From Anaerolineae bacterium (GTDB lineage Bacteria > Chloroflexota > Anaerolineae > JAAYZQ01): a stretch of 64,000 bases of DNA. Positions 56,937 through 64,000 of the stretch are shown here, piece by piece; position 1 is the stretch's first letter; each line of letters opens with the position of its first letter. Where the stretch lies: positions 974 to 64,973 of the forward strand of contig DAOUHB010000003.1 in assembly GCA_034428935.1 (NCBI GenBank). Direction: 5' to 3'. A program made the translations under genes and the position numbers. Below the pieces are notes generated by a model. The model was not told the origin of the DNA. It saw only the letters and a program-made list of their open reading frames with translations, and did no database searches.

Positions 56937-59237
56937 ATGATTGTCGTGCGCCTTGAAAGGTTCAGGACCCTGCTGCCCTGGACCACTTTGCTCCTGCTGA
57001 GCCTGGTCGCGATTGGCCTGCTCGGCAGCGGTCTGCATCCCACGCAGGCCCTTGCTCCCAACCAGGACGTACAGATCACGAAATCGGTGAACGTGGCGTC
57101 GTTGCTGCCCGGGCAGACGCCCTATCCCCTGTACACTGTCACCTTCCAGAACAGCGGTGAAGAGGACCTGGTTCTGGACACCATCACCGACACACTGCCT
57201 GCGGGCTTTGAGTTTGGCTGGGTGAACTATACCCTCAGCGACTGGGACGTATCGCCCTCAGATTCCGAAGCCCCCGAGGTCGTCTGGACCGAGGACCTGA
57301 CAGTGCCCGCGGGCGACCAGGTCTCACTGGTCTATGCCGTGCGGGTACCCAGTACCGTGCCCAAGGACGTGGTGCCCTACGAGAACACGGTGGTGGCCCG
57401 GGCCAAGGACGGCAGTCTCGTGGGCGAGGCTACGGCATCCCTCATCGTCGGCCAGGTCGACCTGGCCCAGGATATGGTCGCATCTTCGACGGAGGTAATC
57501 AACGGCCAGCCCGTGACCTTTACCATTATCCTCAGCAACAACGGCGAGGTGCCTGGCACCATCGACCTGGTCACCGTTACTTTGGACTCGAGGCTGGCGT
57601 ACGCCGGCGTGGTGCCGGGTGGGGACCTTGGTGACCCGGTCGAGGCGCCGGACGGAACCCTCGTCTGGGAGGGACCCATCGTCCTTCCGCCGGGCTCGGA
57701 CCTCACCCAGGCGTACACGGTGGACACACCCTCGGACGAGAGCCGCTTCGATGCCTGCAACAGCCTCGAGATCAGCTCCGGCGAGGGAGCGCCCTCGCCG
57801 GTTGAGGCCTGCGTCACGGTGCAGCCGGAGCGTGTCCGTCTCTACCTTCCCGTCGTGTTCAACGATTTCCGCTATGCCTGGCTCCCCGTGGAAAAGAGCG
57901 TGTCTCCCCAGGCCATCGTGGCCGGCACCGACGCGGAAGTTGTCTACAGTGTGAGCATCGTCAACGAGGGTGATACGACGGGCACCTTGCAGACCATCGT
58001 GGACAAGCTGCCCGCTGGAATGACCTTCCTGGGCATGGCGCCCGGCAGCGAGGTGACGGATAACCCAAGCGGTACGACGGGGACCATCACCTGGAGCGGC
58101 AACTGGTCGATGCCGCCCGGCAAGCGGCTCGACGTCAAATACAGGGTGCGGGCCAACGTTCCCGCGGGCCAGCACGTCAACGAGGTGACCATCACGGCCA
58201 GCGCCGCCGAGGTGCCCAAAGAGCCGGCCGTTGCCACCCTCCAGGCCGACGTACCCATCGCCGGCCTGGTGGCCAGCAACGATGGCCCGACCCCCAAGGG
58301 AAAGCCGACAATCCTGACTGCAAGCGTATCGGCCGGCAGCAACGTAGTCTATACCTGGGACCTGGGCGATGAGACCACCGCCACCGGCAGCAGCGTCAGC
58401 CACGTCTATCCCGAGATCCAGACCTACGTGGCCACGGTCACTGCCAAGAACAGTGTGAGCGAGGCCAGCGCTACGACGACGGTCACGGTAGAGCCGGCAG
58501 TGCTTCTGGAGGAGCACTTTGACGACGGGAGCGTTGGCATCGGGCGCTGGACCAAGTTCATGAACTACTGGCGCCTGGAAGAGGGCCAGTGGTACTGGGG
58601 TGCAAAGGATGGCGTGGGCGGTAGTGGAGCTGCCACCCAGGATTGCTACCTGGGCGGCAAAAAGATGGCGGAAGATGCGCTGTTGATGTATCTGGCGCCC
58701 GGTGCCGAGGACTGGACGGACTATCGCGTCGAGACGGATCTCCTCCTTCGTGGCGGCGCCGACGAGACGGAGGACGGCACCGTCTACCACATCGACGAGG
58801 GCGGGTACCCCATCGGCCTGTGGGTGCGCGGTCACTACCAGGACGTGGGCAAAGAGGACACCGCCGGCTGGGTGACGGGCTACTACATCATCGTCGGCGG
58901 AAACCCGACCCGCAACAGCATGTTCGTTCGACTCGCCCAGTTGCAGACCCTCACCGATTGCTGGGGCAATGCCTGCAACAACCCGGGCAACCTGTACGAC
59001 TTTAACAACCCGTACATCATCGAGGAAATCAAGCTGGAAAAGACCTTTGCCCGCCATACCTGGTACCACCTGGCCGTCGAGTTACGCGGCAACAACATCA
59101 AGATCTTTTTCGAGGACGAACTGGTCTACGAGTGGAATGACCCGAAGGAACCCTTCCTCACGGGCACCGTCGGCTTCAAGACGTTCAAGTCCGAGACGGC
59201 CAGCTTTGACAACCTCATCGTGACCCCCCTCGATTGA
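56937..59237 (+). CDS. secreted paralog: 3 x DUF11 repeats + PKD domain + DUF1080/LamG-like domain
   Basis: ATG 56937 lies 8 nt after GGAGG. The signal is MIVVRLERFRTLLPWTTLLLLSLVAIGLLG. The PKD-like segment is VVYTWDLGDETTATGSSVSHVYPEIQTYVATVTAKN. The C-terminus is GTVGFKTFKSETASFDNLIVTPLD. Confidence 0.85.
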   Translation: MIVVRLERFRTLLPWTTLLLLSLVAIGLLGSGLHPTQALAPNQDVQITKSVNVASLLPGQTPYPLYTVTFQNSGEEDLVLDTITDTLPAGFEFGWVNYTLSDWDVSPSDSEAPEVVWTEDLTVPAGDQVSLVYAVRVPSTVPKDVVPYENTVVARAKDGSLVGEATASLIVGQVDLAQDMVASSTEVINGQPVTFTIILSNNGEVPGTIDLVTVTLDSRLAYAGVVPGGDLGDPVEAPDGTLVWEGPIVLPPGSDLTQAYTVDTPSDESRFDACNSLEISSGEGAPSPVEACVTVQPERVRLYLPVVFNDFRYAWLPVEKSVSPQAIVAGTDAEVVYSVSIVNEGDTTGTLQTIVDKLPAGMTFLGMAPGSEVTDNPSGTTGTITWSGNWSMPPGKRLDVKYRVRANVPAGQHVNEVTITASAAEVPKEPAVATLQADVPIAGLVASNDGPTPKGKPTILTASVSAGSNVVYTWDLGDETTATGSSVSHVYPEIQTYVATVTAKNSVSEASATTTVTVEPAVLLEEHFDDGSVGIGRWTKFMNYWRLEEGQWYWGAKDGVGGSGAATQDCYLGGKKMAEDALLMYLAPGAEDWTDYRVETDLLLRGGADETEDGTVYHIDEGGYPIGLWVRGHYQDVGKEDTAGWVTGYYIIVGGNPTRNSMFVRLAQLQTLTDCWGNACNNPGNLYDFNNPYIIEEIKLEKTFARHTWYHLAVELRGNNIKIFFEDELVYEWNDPKEPFLTGTVGFKTFKSETASFDNLIVTPLD

Positions 59238-59261
59238 GCGGAAACGGATGTGTACCAGGCA

Positions 59262-61850
59262 ATGACGTCGGGATCGAAGCATCCTGCAGAGCCTGAGAAC
59301 AATGGTTCGCTGCGGGCCGCGCACGGCGCGGCCCGCAGCGGTGGCTCGCGCCCGGCCGGCACCTCCACCGGGCGTGCCATCCAGTCCCTGCCTGCCGCCG
59401 CCACGCACGTCCTGGCAGCGGCCGTGGTACTGCTGGCCTTTGGGCTGCGGCTGCGCTACGCGCTGCAGCCCGAACCCTTTGTCGATGAGCCTACGTCGCT
59501 GCTGGTGGCCGAGGCTATTGCCCGTACCGGCATTCCCCGGCTGCCTTCGGGCCTCTTTTACGGCAACGATCTCCCCTACTCCTACCTGTTGGGCGGCCTC
59601 GTTGCCCTGGTGGGCCCCAGCCTCCTGGCCGCGCGCCTGTTGAGCGTGGCCGCCTCGGTCTTGACGACGGGGCTCGTCTACCTGGCGGGCCGCCGCCTCG
59701 TGTCGCCCTGGGCCGGCCTATGGGGGGCGGGGCTGTTGGCTCTCAATGCCGAGGCCATCCTGTGGGGCGGACGGGCCAGGGCCTACGGGCTGCTGGGCCT
59801 GCTATCCTTTCTTGCCGCTGCCACGTTCTTCGGGGGCTTGGCTTCGGGCCGCGCCGCGCTGCGGCGCCTGGGCCTGGCCCTCCTCGTGCTCAGTGCCTTT
59901 GTCCATCCCGAGGCGGCCCTGCTGTTGCCCGCCTTTCTGGCCGGCAGCCTGGTGGTGTGCGGCTGGCGCTGGTGGCTGCGGCCGGCGCCCCTCGCCGAGG
60001 TGCTTCTCGCCGCCCTGGGCCTCGCCAGCCGCTATGGCCTGCAACTGGCCCTCGCCCGGGGCCTCGTCGGCGGCTTCGAAACCATGGCCGGCAGCCGGCC
60101 GCCCTTGCAGTGGGCCGGCGATCTGCCCGACCGCGTGCAGTCGGTCCTGCCGTTTTTTGCCGAGGCCGGTCGTTGGCCCCTGACCGTCATGGCGGCGATT
60201 GCCCTGGCTGCGGCGGCCTGGCGCCTGGGACGAGGGCGCCGGGACGGACGCGATCGGGCGGTTCTGTTCTTCTCGGCCTGTCTCTGGCTCGTGCCGCTGC
60301 AAATGGTCCTCTTCCTGGGCAGCACCTACCAGGGCACCCGCTACCTGAACCTGCTCCTGTCCATCCTGGCCCTCCTCGCGGCCCGCGGCCTGGAAGAGAT
60401 GTTGCTCGTGGCTCTTGCGTGGCTCTCCTCAGGCCGCCCAGGGGCCGGTAGGCAGCCTGCGCGGGCCGGTGGCGCCGGCCGGTGGGCGGTCCTGCTGGCC
60501 TCCCTCACCCTGGTGCTGCTGCTGGGGGCGATGTTGCCCAGAGCTCTTGCCGCCTCCGCGACACAAGAAAGGGGCTATCGCTCGGCTTTTGACGTCGTGG
60601 CCCGCTACTGGCAGCCGGGCGACCGCGTGGCAACCGTTGCTCCAGCGGCGGCGCAGCTTCTCCTGGGTCGCAGCGACTATTTCGCCCTCGGCCTGGAGTA
60701 CGAGGAGTTTGTCTACCGCGACGCCGCAGGCCGGCTGGTGGACCGCTGGCTTGGCTCGCCCCTCATCCGCGCCGCCGATGACCTGGAAGCTGCCCTGGCC
60801 GATGAGGGCCGGCTGTGGCTCGTGGCCGACGAGTCGCGCTTTCGCCAGCGCTTCGAGCCCAACTTTGTCCGTACGGTGTGGGATCGCATGGAATTGGTGG
60901 GCTGCACGGCCGGGGTCCTGGTGTTTCGGTCCATCCCCGCCGTCGAGTCTGCCGTCTCCCGGCCTTCCGGCGCCCTGTTTGGCGGCGCGCTCCTCCTGGA
61001 GCGTTACGACCTGGGCACGGCTGCCAACCGCCCGGCAGGCGGGCAGTGGGGCGACCTGCTGGCCGTCCCGGGTGAGGGGCTTGATCTCACGCTGCACTGG
61101 CAGGCCAGCCGGCCCCTGGCGCGCACCGTGCATGTCTTTGTTCACGTCGTGGGCCAAGATGGGCAGCGCCTCGCCCCGGCCGATGGCCCGCCGCTGTCTG
61201 GCCCCGCGGGGGCCCTGCCCATGGACCACTGGCCCGTGGGCGAAACCTTGCCCGACCGGCGGCTGCTGCCCTTGCCCGCCGATTTGCCCCCGGGCCTGTA
61301 TCGCTTGGAGGTGGGCCTATACGATCCCGCGACGGGCGATCGCCTGCCCGTCGTCGCCGGCGAGGGGCACGTCGTCGAAAGTGCCCTCATCCTCGAGTTT
61401 TTCCGGGTGCCCGGGCCCGGCGGCATGGATCTGCCGCCTCCCGACGAGGCGCTGTCCCTCGAGCTTAACGGGGAAGAAGACCAGGTGAGCCTGGTGGGGT
61501 ACAGCCTGGGGCGAGGCCCTGTGGTTGCCGGCGGCAGCGTGGACCTCGTGCTACACTGGCAGGCCGCGGAGCGCCTCCAGGCCGATTACACGGTCTTTGT
61601 CCATCTCCTGGACGACGAGGATCGCATATGGGGGCAGGGCGACGGCCGGCCCGTGGGGGGCTACTATCCCACCGGCCTCTGGGATCCGGGCGAGGTCGTC
61701 GTCGACAGGCACCGGATTGCCGTCGATCCGGGAGCTGCGCCTGGTATCTACCGCCTGGCCGTGGGCCTCTACCACCTGCCCACTGGCCGGCGCCTGGCCG
61801 CGCCAGACGGTGACCGGCTTATCCTCACGGAGGTGGAGGTCGGGCCATGA
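59262..61850 (+). CDS. GT39/PMT_2-like membrane glycosyltransferase with two C-terminal copies of a conserved extracytoplasmic repeat domain
   Basis: It is multi-TM at the N-terminus, with FVDEPTSLLVAEAIARTGIPRLPSG. The two repeats are LDLTLHWQASRP...VHVFVHVV...PPGLYRLEVGLYDPATGDRLPV and VDLVLHWQAAER...DYTVFVHLL...APGIYRLAVGLYHLPTGRRL. The start is at ATG 59262 or GTG 59250. Confidence 0.8.
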   Translation: MTSGSKHPAEPENNGSLRAAHGAARSGGSRPAGTSTGRAIQSLPAAATHVLAAAVVLLAFGLRLRYALQPEPFVDEPTSLLVAEAIARTGIPRLPSGLFYGNDLPYSYLLGGLVALVGPSLLAARLLSVAASVLTTGLVYLAGRRLVSPWAGLWGAGLLALNAEAILWGGRARAYGLLGLLSFLAAATFFGGLASGRAALRRLGLALLVLSAFVHPEAALLLPAFLAGSLVVCGWRWWLRPAPLAEVLLAALGLASRYGLQLALARGLVGGFETMAGSRPPLQWAGDLPDRVQSVLPFFAEAGRWPLTVMAAIALAAAAWRLGRGRRDGRDRAVLFFSACLWLVPLQMVLFLGSTYQGTRYLNLLLSILALLAARGLEEMLLVALAWLSSGRPGAGRQPARAGGAGRWAVLLASLTLVLLLGAMLPRALAASATQERGYRSAFDVVARYWQPGDRVATVAPAAAQLLLGRSDYFALGLEYEEFVYRDAAGRLVDRWLGSPLIRAADDLEAALADEGRLWLVADESRFRQRFEPNFVRTVWDRMELVGCTAGVLVFRSIPAVESAVSRPSGALFGGALLLERYDLGTAANRPAGGQWGDLLAVPGEGLDLTLHWQASRPLARTVHVFVHVVGQDGQRLAPADGPPLSGPAGALPMDHWPVGETLPDRRLLPLPADLPPGLYRLEVGLYDPATGDRLPVVAGEGHVVESALILEFFRVPGPGGMDLPPPDEALSLELNGEEDQVSLVGYSLGRGPVVAGGSVDLVLHWQAAERLQADYTVFVHLLDDEDRIWGQGDGRPVGGYYPTGLWDPGEVVVDRHRIAVDPGAAPGIYRLAVGLYHLPTGRRLAAPDGDRLILTEVEVGP

Positions 61851-63427
61851 CGACGCAGCCCGGTGCCGAGCATGACAGCGAGCGGCCGGACCGCAGCCCG
61901 GCATTCGCGATCCTGTTGCTGCTCGTCACGGCCGTTGGCTTCGGCTTCCGCCTGGCCTACGTGCTCGACGTTCCCTTCTTCGTCGACGAGTACCTCCAGG
62001 TGCGCGCCGCCGAGCGGATCGTGGCTCAGGGCGTGCCGCTGCTACCCTCGGGGAACTTTTACAGTCACGGGCTGCTGCTCTCCTACCTGGTCGCCGGCCT
62101 CGTCGGCCTGGGGGCCCGCGCCGATTGGCTGATGCGGCTGCCGGTGCTACTGCTGAGCACGGCGTCCATTCCCCTCACCTATTGGCTTGGTCGCCGGGCC
62201 CTGTCCCGGGCGACCGGCCTGGTGGCCGCGGCCGCCGTCGCCATGGCCGGCGACGCCATCCTCTGGGGCGGGCGGGTGCGGATGTACGCCCCCCTGCAGT
62301 TCTTTGCCCTGGCGCTGACTGTTGTGTTTTACGTGTGGGTCGTCGAGGAACGGGACCGGCCCCTCTGTCGCTGGCTGTTTGTCCTCGCCTTCTGGGGCGC
62401 CCTCTTTTGCCACGCCGAAGCAATGCTCCTGCTCCCTGTCATGGGCATCTGGGCGCTGCTGCAGCGGGGCTGGCGCTGGTGCCTGCGGCTCCCTAACCTG
62501 GCGGCCTTTGGTATCGCTGCCCTGTCCATCGTCGTCGAAATCCTATTGCGGAGGATTGGGCCACCTGTCCAGGCGCGTGTGGCGCCGGGCGTTTTCGAGC
62601 CCCAGGTGCGCCAGTACCTGGGAGCGGCCATCGACTGGCCCGGAGTCGTCAAGATCGTCCAACCCCTGTTCCTGGCGCCTGAGCGCCTGGCGGCGACGCT
62701 GCTGGCCCTGGCCGGGTTGGTCTGGCTCCTCGTGCGGCTCGTCCGGTCGCGGCGGCTGCCGGCGGCAGGGCGCCATTGGCGCGCCCTCGCCTACCTCTAT
62801 GCTCTGCTCCTGTTCGTGCTCCTGATGCTGCTCTTTGTCGTGGACCCCGAGTGGAAGAGCCCGCGCTACGGCCTGATGTTGCTGCCTCACTATTTCCTCG
62901 TCGCCGCTGCCGTCCTGGCTGTCGTTGGTCGCGCCATTGCCCGGCTCCTGCCGGCCGCCGGCAAGGGGCTGCCGCCGTGGCTTGCGCCCGCCGCCGTCGT
63001 GGCCCTGGTCATCGCCGTCTCGTGGCCCTCGGCGGTACGGGCTACCCGCGAAACCGTGCCCGATTACGAGTGGGCCTTTGCCATCGTCGCCGAGCGGGAC
63101 CGGCCCGGAGATCAGGTGATCACTTTCCTCTGCCCGGCGGCCTTCTGGCACCTGGGTCGCTGTGACTACCTGGCGGCCCCCACCGACTTCTCTGGATTTG
63201 CCGTGCAGCGGGAAGGGCGATGGGTCAGCGGCTGGGATTTCGTCCCCATGGTCGATTCGGCCGCCGGGCTGAACGCGGTCCTTGACTCGGCGCAGCGGGT
63301 CTGGTTCGTGGTCGACGAAGGGCGCCTTGCGGGTCGCTACGACGCCGAGTTCCTGGAGACGGTGCTGGCGAGGATGGATCTGGTGGCCCACGAGCGCGAG
63401 ATGGTCGTCTTTTTCGGTCCCCGCTAG
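61847..63427 (+). CDS. GT39/PMT_2-like membrane glycosyltransferase (no repeat domain)
   Basis: It has an ATGA overlap with the upstream gene. The loop is FFVDEYLQVRAAERIVAQGVPLLPSG. The soluble C-terminal domain is paralogous to the middle domain of the 59262 protein. Confidence 0.8.
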   Translation: MTTQPGAEHDSERPDRSPAFAILLLLVTAVGFGFRLAYVLDVPFFVDEYLQVRAAERIVAQGVPLLPSGNFYSHGLLLSYLVAGLVGLGARADWLMRLPVLLLSTASIPLTYWLGRRALSRATGLVAAAAVAMAGDAILWGGRVRMYAPLQFFALALTVVFYVWVVEERDRPLCRWLFVLAFWGALFCHAEAMLLLPVMGIWALLQRGWRWCLRLPNLAAFGIAALSIVVEILLRRIGPPVQARVAPGVFEPQVRQYLGAAIDWPGVVKIVQPLFLAPERLAATLLALAGLVWLLVRLVRSRRLPAAGRHWRALAYLYALLLFVLLMLLFVVDPEWKSPRYGLMLLPHYFLVAAAVLAVVGRAIARLLPAAGKGLPPWLAPAAVVALVIAVSWPSAVRATRETVPDYEWAFAIVAERDRPGDQVITFLCPAAFWHLGRCDYLAAPTDFSGFAVQREGRWVSGWDFVPMVDSAAGLNAVLDSAQRVWFVVDEGRLAGRYDAEFLETVLARMDLVAHEREMVVFFGPR

Positions 63428-63546
63428 AGGCATCCCGGAATTCTCATCTTTTTCTAATGATGGGTTAATCCTCGTCTAATCTAAAGGGGGCATAATGGCC
63501 TTCAATAAGATAGCCATCTTCCTTAATCAGTGTAGTTTTGGGTCAG

Positions 63547-63584
63547 GAAACCGGTCTCAGGGGGAGGGGCCGGTTTCTTGATTT
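63547..63584. terminator. hairpin between convergent genes (weak terminator candidate)
   Basis: The stem gaaaccgg (63547-54) / ccggtttc (63570-77) has a 15-nt loop and is followed by ttgattt. Confidence 0.4.
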
Positions 63585-63641
63585 CCCCGCCATTTTTTCA
63601 CGTTCGGCAGGCGAAGGGTAGAGAAGCGCGGGTAGCCCCGC

Positions 63642-64000
63642 TCAGGGTATCGTCGTCGAGCCGAGGAATAGCCTGCCCTCCGGAACCGGCTCTCCGCTCA
63701 ACATAACAGGCAAGCGCTCCAGCGTATCCCATCGATACAACCCGACATAAATGCGATATTGGCCCGGTGGCGCGGGAATCAGGTGCACATCGACGACCGT
63801 CTCGCCGGGGCTCCAGATAGAAGTCGGGTAGGCGCCGTCGAGGGGTTGAGCGTCGATCTGGGCCGCGAGCCGATCCGCGGCGTCGACCAGGTGTACAAAG
63901 ACGGTATAGTCCGTGCGAGGCACGGCGCTCGCCTTCCAGAAGAGGCCGACCTCCAGGCCGGATGCTCGCGGGCTCAGCGTATAGCCGGTGAGGTCGACCT
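63642..64000 (-). CDS. 3' part of a gene running off the window; encodes a third copy of the GT39-associated repeat domain
   Basis: The frame stays open upstream of the GTG at 63921-63923. My hand translation of 63924-64000 reads VDLTGYTLSPRASGLEVGLFWKASA, continuing into VPRTDYTVFVHLVDAADRL...PPGQYRIYVGLYRWDTLERLPV. Confidence 0.75.
   Translation of the reverse strand, partial: VDLTGYTLSPRASGLEVGLFWKASAVPRTDYTVFVHLVDAADRLAAQIDAQPLDGAYPTSIWSPGETVVDVHLIPAPPGQYRIYVGLYRWDTLERLPVMLSGEPVPEGRLFLGSTTIP

Noticed and set aside
63428-63641. The AT-richer 214-nt gap after the last GT39 gene as a possible small gene or mobile-element end.
   Set aside because: It has no ORF with an RBS and no terminal inverted repeats. 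It contains a plausible hairpin terminator between convergent genes, which explains it adequately.

Overview
This is a high-GC (roughly 65-70% by hand count on sample lines), gene-dense bacterial chromosomal segment. The protein families look Chloroflexota-like, but that is inference from their flavour only. I found no transposase, integrase, phage genes or CRISPR array.

Layout:
- 37-13,000, mostly minus strand: a membrane c-type cytochrome, then a long co-directional string. It runs ABC-F ATPase, CoaE, GNAT, the B12-binding subunit of a split methylmalonyl-CoA mutase, MeaB, beta-carbonic anhydrase, MaoC hydratase, an HMG-CoA-synthase-like/DUF35/SCP2 fusion, an SCPx-type thiolase and a family-III CoA-transferase.
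- 13-20 kb: envelope and housekeeping genes (CPBP protease, lipase-like hydrolase, glutaminyl cyclase, NDP-sugar transferase/phosphomannomutase fusion, Lgt).
- 20.2-25.4 kb, minus strand: a tightly coupled 4-gene glycoconjugate operon (flippase-like, GT4, methyltransferase, GT39).
- tRNA-Lys(CTT) at 25.5 kb and tRNA-Arg(CCT) at 50.2 kb.
- 26.6-33.7 kb: a clearly lower-GC patch. It holds Mrp/ApbC-NifU divergent from an uncharacterised string: ZIP-transporter remnant, DUF1638, MBL-fold protein, small ORF, COG0731-type radical SAM, tandem USP and a Fur-family regulator.
- 33.8-54.9 kb: a DUF1998 helicase, DedA, a second low-GC patch (DUF2294 plus an ABC-2 exporter), gatCA, nucleotide and amino-acid metabolism genes, an M50 protease, two Yip1-like paralogs, NDH-2, an extended PriA and a Memo-like protein.
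- 55-64 kb: a surface locus with two paralogous DUF11/PKD/DUF1080 secreted proteins, each behind its own near-consensus promoter, followed by three GT39-like glycosyltransferases that share a repeated C-terminal domain.

Candidates for something undescribed:
- the DUF1638/MBL/radical-SAM/Fur cluster, together with its 870-nt gene-free control region;
- the HMGCS-like/DUF35/SCP2 fusion operon;
- a 230-nt triple-nested perfect palindrome at 921-1152;
- the surface-protein/GT39 locus.

All family assignments come from motif recognition by eye. No searches were run.
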